Below, piece by piece: positions 25,367-39,284 of a stretch of 64,000 nucleotides of DNA. The stretch comes from Vicugna vicugna (lineage: Eukaryota): the NCBI GenBank assembly GCA_013265495.1, contig MU058584.1, positions 842,616 to 906,615 of the forward strand, read 5' to 3'. The notes under the pieces were generated by a model, which searched no databases, had not been told where the DNA came from, and saw only the letters and a list, made by a program, of their open reading frames with translations. Each line of letters begins with the position of its first letter. The stretch's first letter is position 1. Both the position numbers and the translations under genes were made by a program.

Positions 25367-26800
25367 AAATGGTCTGACTCTTTAAGGCAGTTGGATAAGA
25401 AGAGTGTGGTACTTCCTCAGGTGTGTCTAACCTGGACCTTTAAGAGACCCAGGACTGACCAGGAGCAAGCCCTACCTGTAGAATTCTCCCCAGAATGGGA
25501 TGGTGTCAGGCAGGATGTACTGATGGCTTGCTCTTAAACCATGATGTGGCCCTGACTGTGTTTCAGAAAGAAGCCTCTGGAAGCTCACCCAAGTATAGAG
25601 ATAATACAAGAAGTTTGATTTTAGATTCTTTTTTTTTTTTTTAATTCCTGGTAGTTTCTGGCTGTGGCTATCACACTCCCATCTGCCTACCCTTCCATTG
25701 ACTCCCTGGTTTTTCTGATGGTTTTGACCCGTGGCCTGCCTAGATCCTTGTGTGGGCAGTCCTGAGATGGAGAGTCAACCATCTCCCATCAGATCAGGGA
25801 GGTCCTGAGTCATGGCTCCTTTTGGAGTCAGATTGGAGTGTTCGTCCAGCTGGCTAGGGGAGAGGGTTTTCAACTGTGAAGAAGGAAGTAGGTTTTTCAT
25901 TACAAAGGACATATTCTCTCTGAGCTGCATATTCACTGATGTTCCTTGGAAAATACTGAGCTGTGGGCAAGATAGCACTGGCCATGGTGTCAGAGGGACT
26001 GGAAGAGTCTTAACTCTGTCTTTTTCTAGTTTGTGACCCAGGCAAGTCAGAATTAATCTGATTTTGATATAGAGAGAAGCAAGGCCCCTAACCTTAAATG
26101 ACTCCTGGTCTGGCTTGAAAGACAGACAGAACTGTGTATAATTCAGCGTGATGAATGGGAACGAGCAGCCAGACCAGATAAGCCTGCCTAGGCTGTGGGT
26201 GAAGGGAGTTCGGGTCCCACTTTCCTAGTTTGTAAAGGGGGTGGTTATCTCTCCTTTCAGGTTTGTTGTCAGGCTTGATGATCCTGCATTTGTAAGCACT
26301 CACTAAGGGGTGAGTGTTCTAAAAAAAGAAAAGCATACGTAGCAATTCTTCACTGTCTTTTGCTTCTGCTCTGTATCTGCAAGTTGCATTAACCGATACC
26401 CCCTCTCGGTGCCACAGGTGATTCTCAGGTTCACCCCACACTTTGAAACTGTGGGATATACATGGTTGGTTGGAAAGCACCCTTGAGATTCTGACAGACG
26501 TCCCCCGGGAATTTTTTTTTGTTTTGATCAGAAAAACCAATGTGAATGACATTGACAAGGAACCTATTTTTTTTGTTAAAATCAAAACGTGACAGATAAG
26601 ACTAGAGTTTCCTTTTGGTCACCATTTCCAATCTCCCCTGCCAAACACTGCAATCTCTGAGGGAACTGCTATCATCAGCCTTGCCTTCCAAGGATCCTTG
26701 CTTTGTCCTCACGTACTACAGTGTGCACTAGATTGGAGCTGGTTATCAGTATGGTGTTTAACTTCGAGATCTTTTATGTATATATTAAAGTATATGAGAC

Positions 26801-26808
26801 AGAGAGAG

Positions 26809-26839
<31 letters not shown>
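26801..26839. repeat. Compound (AG)n(GT)n microsatellite
   Basis: Seen directly in the sequence. Confidence 0.95.
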
Positions 26840-26843
<4 letters not shown>

Positions 26844-27007
26844 ATCCATAAAAGTATACAGTGTGCTTTACATAAATCTTGCAACCTGCTTGTTCACCTA
26901 AAACCATGTAGTGAACATCTACCCATGTAACTACATGTAGCTCTGACTCATACTTTTAAACTATTGCATAGTATTTCATAGTAGGGCTATGCCATAGTTT
27001 ATAACTT

Positions 27008-28250
27008 TCATTTTTTTCTTTTTTGATAATAGCCAACCTGACTGATGTGAAGTGATATCTCATTGTGGTTTTGATTTGTATTTCCTGATGATTAGCAGTG
27101 TTAAGCATTTTTTCATATATCTGTTGGCCATTTGTATGTTTTCTTTGGAGAAATGTCTATTGAAGTCATTACATTAGCCCATTTTAAGGGATTTCATTAG
27201 ATTTTTTTTTTTTGCTATTGATTTATAGGAATTCCTTATATATTTTGGATATTAATCACCAGATATATGGTTTGCAAACGTTTTCTCCTATTCTGTAAGT
27301 TGCCTTTTCATTCTGTTGATTGTCTTCCTTGCTGTGCATAAGCTTTGCAGTTTGCTGTCATTTCACTTGTTTACTTTTGTTTTTGCTGCCTGTGCTTTTG
27401 GTGTCATATCTGTGTAGTCATTGCCAAGACCACTGTCACGAAGCTTTCCCCCTTTATCTTCTTCTAGGAGTTTTAAAGTTTCAGGTCTTACATTTAAGTT
27501 TTTAACCCATGTTGATTTGATTTTTGTGTATATGATAAGATAAGGGTTCGATTTCATTCTTTTGCATGTGAATATCTAACTTTTTAACACTATATAAGAG
27601 ACTCCTTTTCCCTATTATCTGTTCTTGGCATTCTTCTTGGAGATCAGTTGGCCACAGCCTCTATGGGAAAGATTATGGAGATTTTTCAAATATTAAATAT
27701 AGGACTACCATATCACCCAGAAATCCCACTTCTGGGTGTTTATCCAAAATACTTGAAATCAGGATCTTGAAGAAATACTAGCACTCCCATGCTCATTATA
27801 GCATTATTCACAATAGCCAAGATGTGGAAACAACTTAACTGTCCTTAGACAAGTGACTAGATAAAAAAAAAATGTGGCTTATACGTACAACGGAATATTA
27901 CAGCCTTAAAAAATAAGCAAATGCTGCAATACGTAACAACATTATGAACCTTGAGACATTATGTTGAGGGAAATAAGCAGCTACAGAAAGACAAATACCT
28001 CATGATTCCACTTATATTAGGGATCCAAAATAGTCAAATTCATAGAATGAAGGAGCAGAGCAGCGGGTGCTAGAGGCTGAGGGGAGGGGGAAATGGAGAG
28101 TTACTCATCAACAGGCATGAAGTTTCAGTTGAGCAAGACGAGCGAGTTCTAGAGATCTGATATACAGTAACGTGTTGTGCACTTCAAACTTTGTTAAGAG
28201 GGTAGATCCTGTATTAAATGTTCTTACCACAATAAAATAAAATTTAAAAA
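27008..28250 (+). mobile_element. L1MA-type element with an inverted 5' segment (27008-27654 minus, 27655-28250 plus), nested in an older minus-strand L1
   Basis: Reverse ORF2 sequence switches at ...agttggcca|cagcctctatgg to the forward ORF2 end and 3' UTR, which finishes ttcttaccacaataaaataaaa. Confidence 0.85.
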
Positions 28251-31200
28251 CATATTGCAAAGCACTTTTTTGTGCCCACCTCATTGTACACATAACATTA
28301 AATCTTTCTCTAGGGTAAATAATAAAAAATGGAATTAGATCAGGGTCTGTATGCATTTTTTAATTTAAGTTATCCTCTAATTTATATGCCCAGTGGCAGA
28401 GTATGAGAGTATCTATTTTTCCACAGTGTTGCCTGACTTCATTGTTTCGCACTTAATTTTTTTGCTAAGCTGATGGCTAAAATTGGTGTTCAACCACGGC
28501 TTTGGTGTTTGTCATTCTGATTCTAGTACGCTCACTGAGTACTTTTAGATGTTCACCGGTGTTATATTGTTTCCTCTGTTAAATGCTTTTTATTTACTTG
28601 GCCTCATTGTCTAGTGGCTTTTAAAGAATGATTTATGGAGATTCTTTATTTATGCCAGAAAAATACATTACACATTATTTTGGTCTAAAATTTCAAATAT
28701 TTATCTTAGCGACCTGCTTGTCTGTTATGTTTATGATGTCTTTCATTTCAAAGATGTTTTGAATTTTGTTAAAAAATGTATCGTTCTTTTCATTTGCTAA
28801 TTTTGCTTTTTATGTCTTACTTATGCAGGTCTTCCTTTAGCTCACAGCAGATTCTCAGCATTTTCTAGAAATACTTTTATAGTTCTAATTTTACATTTTG
28901 GACTCTATTTTGGCGGGGGTAGTATGAACATACCTTTCTTTGTTTTTGAAAAGGCTGTTGAATCACCTGAAACTTTTCACCAATGCTAAATGCCCCTTTT
29001 CTCATATAGAAAGTTCCTGCTTAAATATGTGAGTCTTTTCTTGTATATATGAGTATTGCCCATTCTCTTCATTGTTCTGTTTATTTCTTTGCCAATTCCA
29101 TATTCAGAGGGGTCTTTCCTGACCGTCTTAACCTGAAATGGCCCTCATTCACTCGTCGTCGCATTGCTACATTTTATTGTCTTCATGGTACATATGTCTC
29201 TTTAGATTTCTTATTTATTTGCTTCTTTGCTTATATATTATAAGCACCACAATCGCAGGAGTCTTCTCTGCCTTTTTTAGCACCTAGAACAACATGTACG
29301 AGACTTTTGGAAAAATCGTTGCTGTATGAGTGAATGACAGCCAGTGACTTGACCAGGGGTATATGCATTTTGAGTTTTATTTTTAAGGTTGAATACACTT
29401 TTTTGTTGAAGGAGATTGTACTATTAACCCAAGAAGTGGGTAGAGAAGGGCCTTCCATCTTCTTGAAATTCTTTCATGTATATTTATGGGTCCTGTTCAC
29501 ATGTCATATTGCTTAAGTGTTGAACCCTTGGGAAGATTTATTCAAAGAGGCAGAAAAGAGTGCTGTCTAGTTATCATAAGCTTTGGGGATACTTCCTTTT
29601 AGGATATGGAATTTAGAACAGCCAGATGCAATCACTGACTATGTGGCTGAAGACAGTCATTAATCCATCCTGCAACTGTTTGTCCCGCACTCTGGTAAGT
29701 GCTGAAAATGCAATGAGTACAGTTAGCATGGGGTTTGTGGGGGTGCAGATACTAACTAGACAACCACAGTGATGGATACATAATTAGAAACTATGATCAC
29801 TTCTATGTAGAAAAATTACAAAATGCTTTCAGTGCTCGCACAATCAGGAAGGTCAGAGAATATTTCACTAAGGAAGTGACCACTGAATGGAGATTTGAAC
29901 TGGACAAAGAGAGGAAAGGAATTTTTTGACAGAGGTCCTGGGGCAGTAGGAAATGGAAGAAGTCTGAATGTGACCGAAGTTGAAAGGTGGAGCAGGAGTT
30001 TAGCTCTGGCGAGGTAGGCAGAGGCCAGATTAAAGGAGTGTGTGGTATGATGATAAGCAAAAATGAAAACAGAACAAAGAACAACAGAACAACCTAAGTG
30101 GATTTTGGAGTAATACAAACCCTGGGTTCGTGTGTGAGCCGGTCAGCTGTGTAACCACATCAGTTTCAACTCTTCCTCCTCAGTTACCTTATTGATGAGA
30201 ACAACCCTCACTGGGTTACTGTGAATATTACATGAGATAGTCCTGGGCACGTACGTGTTAGATGTACATGGTGTAGCTATAGTACTTCTAGGTTTATTGA
30301 TGGTTCTTTTGTGTTTGTTAGCTGCTGGACATTCCTAATTTTAAGTAAACAAAGCAGAAATAACCACTGGCGTTGGAGATTCACAGCCTGAAACCGAGTA
30401 ACAGTTTCAAAAAGGAAATTCAGCCAACCCTTTCTGAGCAACTTGTAAGTTCTGGTTAGTTCAGTTAAAAACCATTTTTGAGCACCTACTTTGTACAAGA
30501 GATAAAGTATTCTTTTGGAACTATGAGAATGAGCCATTTTGCAGCTAATGATGAAATGGGTAATTTTAGAACAATGTTATGGAGGACCTAATAGAAGCAA
30601 ATTCAATGTGTGAAGGGAATGAGGTGTAGGAGACATTCCTTGAAGAAGGAACTTCCCTCTGGGGAAGGTTATGGAGGGGAGAAAGTAATGGCAGAAAACC
30701 CACAAGGAGGTAATTGTAGGACTGTTCTTCAAAAGGCTTCCAGGAGAGGGTGGCTTGCCAAGGCAGCGCTCACAAGGCAGAATGGCTGCTCACAAGGAGC
30801 TCAGGCCTTTGTAGAAGGACATCCTGGATCATGGCTGTGGGCTAGCACGAGACTACAGCCAAGACCAGTGTCTCCAAGGCCGGCCTGTGTGTTTCTTTTT
30901 CTAAGCGTGTTTGTTTGTGGACTCATTTATGGAAACACAGTGGTCCTGCTGTTGGCAGTGAGTAGGCACCGAGACATATAAAAATCCAAATCAGTGCCAT
31001 GAAACTACGCCCATCACCCTTTGAGGTCTGTGGTCACTTACCCCTGCTCCCTTCCTTGGGGCCACTTTAAGTCTTTTGTGTTTGGTTAATTTTGGTTTCA
31101 TCCTCTTCAGGCAGAACTATTTGAAAACCTTTTTTTTCCCTTACCACTTTGGGTGGGTCAGAGTTCAACTGCTTAGAAAACACCATAGAAAGCTTCTGTT

Positions 31201-31434
31201 TCCTCAAAAGATTATCTTAGCTATGTCATCCTGTTATTTACTACATTCCAGTTATTGCCCATTAAAATCTTATTCATCCTTCAAGAATCTGATCAGGCAC
31301 TGATCTCCTCATGGAACCTTCTCTCATCACCCCAGCTTCAAGGAATTTCATCTCCCTTTATAATTTTGTATTATGTATTTTTTCTAACGATGGATCCAAC
31401 ATTTGTCGATTATTAGTGTCACCTAGAAGAAACT

Positions 31435-32705
31435 TTCTTTTTTTTTAATAAACTTTTTATTCTTGAACAATTTTATATTTATAGAATCATTGCAAGGATG
31501 GTACACACAATTCCTATTTTCCATACAATTAACATCTTACATTAGTATAGTACATTTGTCATAGTTAATGAACCAATTATAATATGTTATTATTAACTGA
31601 AGTCTATGCTTTATTCAGATTTCCTCAGTTTTCCCCAGTGTCCTTTTTCCGTTCCAGGATCCCATCTAGGATGTCACATTGCACTTATTTGTCATGTCTT
31701 CTTAGGCTCCCTTAGCTGTGACAGTTTTGGGACTTTCTAGTCTTTGGTGACCATGACAGTACTGAGGATAATGCATCAGGAACTTTGTAGACTGTCCCTC
31801 AGTTGGGATCTGTCTGATGGTTTCCTGATGAATAGACTGGAGTAGTGGGTTCTGGGGAGAAAGACCACAGAGACTGCCATTTTCATCACATCGTATCAAG
31901 GATACACACTATCAGTGTGACTTACCAAAGTTGATGCTAATCTTGATCACCTGACCTGAGGTAGTGTTTGTTATGTTTCTCTACTAAAAGGTTACTTTCT
32001 CCATTGCCATACTATACTCTGGAAGAAAATCACTCTGTGCAGCTCACACTTAAGGAGTAGGGGGTGGGGCGTAGGACGGGTGGTTATGCACCACCTCTTT
32101 AGGAGCAGAGAGTATCTCCATAATTTATTTAGAATTATTTTGCTTGGAAAATTTGTCTATCCTTCCCCATTTATTTATTTAATCATTTATTTATCTCATT
32201 GTAAATATTTTATATGTGAGTTATAATCCAATTCTACTTTATTTTGTTGCTTAATTTGTTCCAGCTTTGGCCATTGGGAACTCTTTCTGTTGGCTCTTGC
32301 ATTCCTTTGACATGTCCCCATCATTTTTTCTTTTTTTTTTTGGTATGTGTACTTTCTCAATTTGAGGCACTAAAATATTCTCTATGCTTATCTGGCACTA
32401 AAAGGCACTCCAGATTCGTCTGTCCCAGCTCTGGGATCAGCAGTTTCTCCAAGGAGCTCTGGTTCCTTTTATTGAAGAAAGGTGTTAGAAATCAAGATCT
32501 GGGCACTAGGTTTGCTCGATGCTCTTGAGTGTCATTACTTCTGGACCCTTTTAGCTGATATAGCAAGGAGATAGGGATATGAGTGTGTGCTAACCTGTGT
32601 ACACACGTATCTATAAATATTTCCATATGTAGCCATCTATATCTCTATTAAACTAAACGAGTTCATACTGATGTCTCAACTCTAATCCATTACCACATGG
32701 ATTAT
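31435..32705 (-). mobile_element. L1MC/L1MD-type 3' UTR
   Basis: Reverse motifs: ttaacatcttacattagtatagtacatttgtc, ttccaggatcccatctagg and tttctccaaggagctctggttccttttattg. Confidence 0.8.
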
Positions 32706-33232
32706 ACTGGGGGAACCTAAAAATACAGAATCCCAGGTACCACTCCAGAGCTAATAAATTAGGATAAATATTGACCTTGCATGTTCTGAAAGGCAAGCAC
32801 ATTAATATCATTGAATGTTTTTCTTGGTTTCATACTGGAATCAATGTCAAAATTATGAAAGCATCATAAACATAAGCTTTACTTTATCACCATTGACAAC
32901 TTGGGTAAGTATCTATCTTAGTAAAACTTTGTTACCTGCCTGTAGTTTTGTTCATTTTAATTCCATGAGTGCATGGTCTAATAAGAGTTTGAAAATTCTT
33001 GTCTTACATAACTATTGAATGTCTCAGAGTTTTAAAATTCTTCTATTATGTGACTATTGAATGGCCCATTCAGCTATCAAAGTCTATAATTTGAAGTTCT
33101 AAATATAGAAATGAACACTGTAAGAACACAAAGATAATTGTGCAACTTGTGTTCCTTCATGTTAACAGTATCTGCTTCACTCATTTCCTCTGCTTCTCTT
33201 TCTTGTCTTCCTGCATTTTTGCTGGGCTGCAG

Positions 33233-33259
33233 GCTCCAGTTCCAACACCATCTTCTGAG
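33233..33259 (+). other. DDR2: 5'-UTR portion of the first coding exon of DDR2
   Basis: A pyrimidine tract (33181-33220) ends in ...ggctgcAG at 33231-33232. The ATG follows 27 nt later at 33260 (ctgagATGatc). Confidence 0.85.
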
Positions 33260-33341
33260 ATGATCCTGATTCCCAGAATGCCCTCGGTGCTGCTCCTGCT
33301 GCTGCCTATCTTGGGTTCTGCAAAAGCTCAGGTTAATCCAG
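33260..33341 (+). CDS. DDR2: DDR2 coding exon 1: signal peptide, aa 1-27 (MILIPRMPSVLLLLLPILGSAKAQVNP)
   Basis: The translation matches the DDR2 N-terminus with a hydrophobic signal peptide. Donor is ccaG|GTaaca at 33342. Length 82 nt, phase 1. Confidence 0.97.
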
Positions 33342-33887
33342 GTAACACAGCCATTGCTCAGCCACATCCTGGAAGACCAGCTCAACACACAAAGCCAACA
33401 GTGTTTATGCTGGGAAAGGCACTGCTAAGGGGTCCAAAGGGTCATTCCCCCTTCCCTCCCCTTTGACTTAATGTCCACAGTTAAACATGGCCATAGTAGA
33501 AACAGAAATTAATATACTCTCTATGTAACACAATGAGTATTGTGAAAGGGCTTCTTATATGGAATAGAGTGGAGTGAAAGGAAAATTGTTTTAAATAAGA
33601 GGTGGAAGAAGCAACCATTTGCTTTTTCATCTGCTGGAAAACAGAAGGAGAGACTTTTTAGATGCCTTGGAGAATTTCTGTAGATTGATTTTCCAGTTAT
33701 TTTTGGCTGGTTAAGGCTTGTATTTTGCTTGGATGTCATGGTATGCTTTTGGGACCCTGGTCTTATAGGATCTCAGGCAGTTTCTCTTTCCTACAGGGAG
33801 TGGCCATGCTCAAAAATAGTTATGTTAGTCCCCTCTTCCCAACTTTTTTATTACATATGTATTTTAACTTTAAACTGAAGTATATAG

Positions 33888-34310
33888 TTGTATCACTTGT
33901 CTATTACCACAGTAATGCCACTTAACAACCCATGCAAAGTTGGTGATTCAGACTAGTCTTGGCTGGGCGGTTCTTCTGGTCTCTGGATTCATGCACGCAT
34001 CTGGGAATCAGCCGGTTATTTATTGGCTCATCGATGATAACCTTGGCTCTGATGACTGGGGAAATTTCACTCTGCTCTCCTCCAGCAGATTAGCATAGAT
34101 GAGTTTTAATGGAAATTACACAGGAAGAGCAGACGGGAAAACATGCCACATTTTTCAAGTCCCTGCTTAAATCATGTTTGCTGAGATCTCATTGGCTGAA
34201 GCAAGTAACATGGCTAAGCCCAGAGCCAGAGTGGGAGGGCACAAACAATTACACAGGGAAGGCTGAATACAGGGAAATGTGATGGACTGGAGTCGTTTTT
34301 TCATTTTGCC
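33888..34310. mobile_element. MLT1-type MaLR LTR nested in an old L1
   Basis: Contains ggctgggcggttcttctggtct and tctcattggctgaagcaagtaacatggctaagcccagag, typical of MLT1. Confidence 0.7.
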
Positions 34311-34940
34311 ATGAATATAAATATGGGAAGTATGTATGGCACAAGTAGTCCACGTGATGTCTTGTACACACTGAGCATGTCCACCTAAGCAATGTTCAGA
34401 TTAGGAACCAGAGCTGTGTCAGCACTTCAGAAGCTCTCCTCCTGCTCTCTTCCCCACCCTCACCGGAAGGGTAGTCATTATTCTGCTTTCTGACAACATA
34501 AATTAGTTTTGCCTGTTCTTGTACTTTATATAAGTGGAATCAGATGATGCGTAAGTACTCTTTTGTGTCTGGCTTCTTTCATTCAACGTTGTGTTTCTGA
34601 TGTACATCCAAGTTGTTCCATGCAGTTGGTGACTATTTTTTTTTCATTGTTATATAATATTATTTTGTTTGAATATTTTATTTATCCAGTCTACCGTGGA
34701 TGGGAATTTGGATCATTTACAGTTTGGGCTCGTTATGAACAAAGCTCCTACAATCCTTCTCGTAAAGGTCTTTTGATAGAGGCATATACTCAGCCCTTCT
34801 GGGTACATACCTAGAAGTGCAATTGCTTGGCTATATGTTGCATATGATCTGTTTTTCTTCAAACTGCCAAGGAGTTTTCCAAAGTGATTTTTACCAACGG
34901 CCCACCCCTGGCAGCGTATGAGAGTCCAGGACTCCATCCA
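34310..34940 (-). mobile_element. Ancient L1 (L1ME-like) 3' fragment
   Basis: Reverse motifs: tagttttgcctgttcttgtactttatataagtggaatc and gggtacatacctagaagtgcaattgct. Confidence 0.8.
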
Positions 34941-35132
34941 TGAATTTGGATTCCCGAGGGCATTTTCATTTCCTCCTTTTTATATGGCACGGGCATGCGT
35001 TTGTGAAATGCTCACCCTCTTTCCCTTAGAAAAATTCCACTTCCATGAGATATTCTTTATACCATCACAGGATATAATCAAAACACCTTAAAAATCAATG
35101 ATCAATTAGTTAAATAAATTCAGTGCCTTATT

Positions 35133-35270
35133 GCTTTTTTGTTTTTGTTTCTTTGTATTTGGGGGGAGGAAGAAAATTAGGTTTATTTATCTTTATGTAT
35201 TTATTCTTTAACAGAGGTACCAGGGATCGAACCCAGCACATCGTGCATGCTAGGCAGGTGCTCTACCATT
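35133..35270 (-). mobile_element. Vic-1-type camelid tRNA-Ala-derived SINE lacking its 5' end
   Basis: The reverse complement reads tggtagagcacctgcctagcatgcacgatgtgctgggttcgatccctggtacctctg, followed by an A-rich tail with aaacctaatt...ccccc. It is a paralog of the SINE at about 47100. Confidence 0.8.
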
Positions 35271-36039
35271 TGTTGGTGCATCTCAGGTCTGAACTTTGAC
35301 ACCATTGTTTCATTTTTCTGCTTTGTGTTATTCTCACCTAGTTGAAGTTTGGTTGCCTCCTAGTACGTTTAATAAGCCATTTAACAAGTGTCATTCTCTC
35401 TGCTCTGGTCTCCAAGGAAGAGTCGGTAAAAGTGCACAAATGGTAGGATGGTTTGATGCTAGGCTCACTCATGGAGCCTGGTATGACATGAGGATATCCT
35501 CATGACATGACTAAGCCAAGAGAGCCAGCCTTCTGTGTTAGACAGCACTGCTGGAGCCCTGGAGCAGGAGACAGGCAGTTATCTGCAGAACATTTCTCCC
35601 TCTGTTCCTGGCATCAGCTGTTTCTATCGGCTCTTTCTGCTGAGGAAAAAGAAATAAAGGTCTTGACTTGCAGAACTCTTTAAAGGAACGTGGAATATTT
35701 GAGGTGTGTTGAAGGCATAGTCCTTCTCTCTTCCACTTCTTGTATTTCACTAAGTTAAGCTGGGGCCAGGCAGTGGGAAGCTGTGATTGGTGAGTCTAGT
35801 CACAAGGCTTGGGGCTTATGGAGGATTGTGACTGGCACAATGATGGACATGGAGTAGGTACATAATAAATGCATGTTAATTTAAGGATGACTTTTCAGAA
35901 GTCCTTACTGGTGTTACTGAAAGACTGAAAGTAAAAAAGTAAATTCTTGCCAGTTACATTTCCCCCACAGGCTGGCTGTATGGTATAAATACATGAAATG
36001 TTGGAGTTAAGTCAGGAGACCTGGGTTATAAACAAATCT

Positions 36040-36200
36040 TATACAAAGTCATTGTTAAAATATTGTTGAATGACTGAATTGTTGTTAAATATAAATAAAT
36101 TATGATAAATTACATATGTTATAAATAAACATATAAATGTTAAATTATGAATTGTTAAAATAATGGAATATATTTTAATTGATTATTAAGTATAAATACT
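36040..36200. repeat. AT-rich low-complexity tract
   Basis: Recurrent attgttaaaa, ataaataaa and aattatga words. Confidence 0.7.
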
Positions 36201-38977
36201 GTTCGGCAGATAGTAACTGGGCTAAGCATTAAATTCAATTACCGTAAAAAGTCTAAAACAAATATTGATTTAAGCTCATTTTGAAGAATTCACCATGACC
36301 ATTGGTCAGTGAGCCTTCTGTCTTAATATGATGGATTCATAATAAGGGTATTGAATATTTAATCTAGAGAAATCAGCAGATGCCAACAGAGGGTGACTAA
36401 TGATATATAGAGAAATTCTCTATAGTTTCAGAGCATGAGTCTCCTGCAGGTTCCCCCCCCCCTTGGAGGCAGCAGCATAGTGCTCATGTGACATAGGTCA
36501 AGGTCTGATGGCAGTGGGGCTGTTGGCTTGCTGGTCTAAAGCACTGGAGCTTTGACAGTGACAGCAAAGCAGGTGGTGGGTCAGGTGGTGTTAGAGGCAT
36601 TTCGGGTAAGAGCAGTGTTGAAACTGGCACTGTCACGAGGGGCTGCAATGGAAGCTGTGCAAGTCCATGTGGGAAATACTGGCATACAGGTGTGTGTACG
36701 TGGTCTGGAAGTGTGGGCAGTACGCCTCCCCGTCTTCCAGCTGCAGCAGTGCGTCAGGGATTGGCACCTACTGACTGTCAATTCAAGTAGGAAGTCATTG
36801 GAAAAGTCTGAGGCAGTCCCCTCTGTCGAAATCATGGCTCAGGAGTATCATTTAGCTATTGGCATCTGCCTTAAAGAATCGCACCAACAATTTCTGAAAA
36901 GCATCTCTACAAATCAACAAAAAAATTGGATGTTACTAGAACATTCTAATGAATGGTTTGCAGTTCATTTGGAAAATAATATTTAACCCACTTGGAAAAT
37001 TATTTTGAGAACAACCCTAGTTACAATCCTGGCTTGGTCATACATTAGTTGTATGACACAGAGTATGTCGTTACACTTCTCTTTGCACTTCCTTAATCCT
37101 TTCACCAGCAGTGAGATGAAGTTGGATTAGATAATCCGTGAGACCCTTTGTCACAAATTTACTGTAATTTGGTGGGGTGGGAGCTTTGCTTTCCAGATTG
37201 GGAGATATTGATGGGCTTTGGGCTTGGAAAGAGGGTCCCTGAACTTGCATGGCTGTTCTTTGTAAGAAAGACCATTTGTTCCCAACACCCTGCCACTTCC
37301 CAGGCTCAGGGATCTAAAGTCTGAATGTCATGAGAACCTTGACTTTGAGGCTAAGCACGTAGGAGTTAGCTGAGGAATATTTTTCTAATTTAAACCCTAA
37401 AATGCTCCCCCGTGACCGGTTGAAACCCTGCCACAGCCTCGCCTGCAGGAGCTTCATTGTACCACAAGCCACCTGCTCTAGGGCATTTTTTTCTCTAGAG
37501 GTGGGTCCAAGAAGAAGCCTCTTAAGCAGAAGAAATAGCATATGCAAGGTCTAGGAGGGAGGGAGGATACATGGTAGGCTTCCTGGTGGAGGCTGATGAG
37601 TGAGGGACCCAAAGGGGCAGCTTTCCGTCCTCCTGTAGAGTCTATTAGTCAAGAACCCTCTTGCCCAACTTGGGCTGAGGCTCCTGGACTTAATGGAAGA
37701 GCCGAGGATCTCCACGGGGTAGAGACGTCTCCAGACTCCACAATGAAGTACAGAATATGCCAAGCTATTATAGCTGTTTGATCAGCCACCAGGGTCAGGC
37801 TTCTCCACGGGGTATAAAACCAGTGTTTCAGTGGCCATTGAGCGCCCAGAAACACATAGATTTCCAGGTGGGAGAACGGATGTAAGTAACCTGTTAAAAG
37901 CACAGGGGCAGTTGGTGCCACTCTCCTGACTTGGCTCATGACAACTCCTTGTGCTTGGAAAAGGGAGAAATACCCCATTCTCCCCAACAGGCAGCCCAGG
38001 CATTGAGGATCCATGGTGGAGAGCCAGGGCAGGACAGTGCTGGGACTTCCCGCTTCCATTCTGCATTTTCCCCCCGTAGGAAGTAGGCAGCTTGTAGCAG
38101 TTCAGAGCCCTGCGGTGAGGGTGTCCTCCTTTGGTGTCTAGAATCTTCCCACTTTGAAAGGAGAAACAAAGACACTAAGGGATTGGGGTTCAGAGGGGAG
38201 ATCTTCTCTTGCTGACTCCAAATTTATCTTATGTTCATCACTTTTTTTTTTTTTTTTAGTATTGATCCTATATTCAGTGAGTTCTTAGGGTTTAGGGACC
38301 TAGAATTCTAGGCTATGTTGCAATGGACCTTAGAGATACTTAAGTCCTTCTTCCTCATGTTACCGGTAAAGGAACTGGTTGTTGAAGTGGGTGAGTGGTT
38401 TGTCCATGACCACACACAAAACTAGTGGTAAAGCAGGGACCCACGGCTCCTGTTTCCCTGCCCAGATTCCTTCCATCAGATACCCACCCCACTGGGAGCC
38501 ATTTGAGGAAGTTACCTTTCCCCAATAATCATGTATAGCTGTGCAGCCTTATGGTTTCCTTTCTGCAACTTCCAATGTGCATTTATGGAGGTGAGAGGTA
38601 GTTTGGGTTTGAAGGTCAGCCTGAGGCCAAGGAATGGAAAAAGCCCACAGGATCATGTAGGACGCACGCTTGGAACCTTGGTCTCACTAGCACACTCAGC
38701 AAGCAAGGCTAAAGCCAGAAGCCCTTCAGGACTGACTCGGCCTCGCAAAGAAACCAAAAAGCACTAGAGATGCTCTGGTTCCCTTCTGCACAGAGTTTGT
38801 CTCCCACCAAGGCTGATACTTGCTACTTTCCCTACATACATTTACCAATTGGAAAATCACTTTTATTTCCTTCAGTTCTCATCATTCATGCCCTCAGAGA
38901 TGTGCTGAGAGGGTTTATTAATGAGAATGTGGTGCTAGTTCCAGGTTTCCAAAACCAGGCCTGAGGTGCTAATGCTG

Positions 38978-39010
38978 AGTGTGTGTGCGTGCGTGCGTGT
39001 GTGTGTGTGT
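38978..39010. repeat. (GT)n/(GCGT)n microsatellite
   Basis: Seen directly in the sequence. Confidence 0.9.
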
Positions 39011-39284
39011 ATTTGTATGGCCTGAGAAGGGTCCGGAGGAGGAGATAAAAAGGCTGGGAAGAGACCTCCTTGGTTGAATTTCTCTTAAGTGAGCAATGCT
39101 AGCTGCTGCCCAGATTGGCTTTTTCTTGCTTTTGTGTTTGTTTGTCAAGTCTAGCCTGAGAGTGGCCTCTGGTATGCTTCCTGCCAGTAAACGGATCTTT
39201 CTCTGGGGATAACAGAAACTCATTTGCCCCTTAAGCACTCACTTGTGCCAAATCGGGAAGAAGAGAATGCAAGCTTCAAACAGT

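Noticed and set aside
33327..33337. Possible alternative donor cag|gttaat 10 nt upstream of the real donor
   Set aside because: It is a poor consensus match, would shift the frame, and has no supporting evidence.
33140..33466. 108-aa ORF suggesting an N-terminally extended DDR2
   Set aside because: The extension is the intronic pyrimidine tract with a non-ATG start, and the C-terminal part reads through the donor into the intron.
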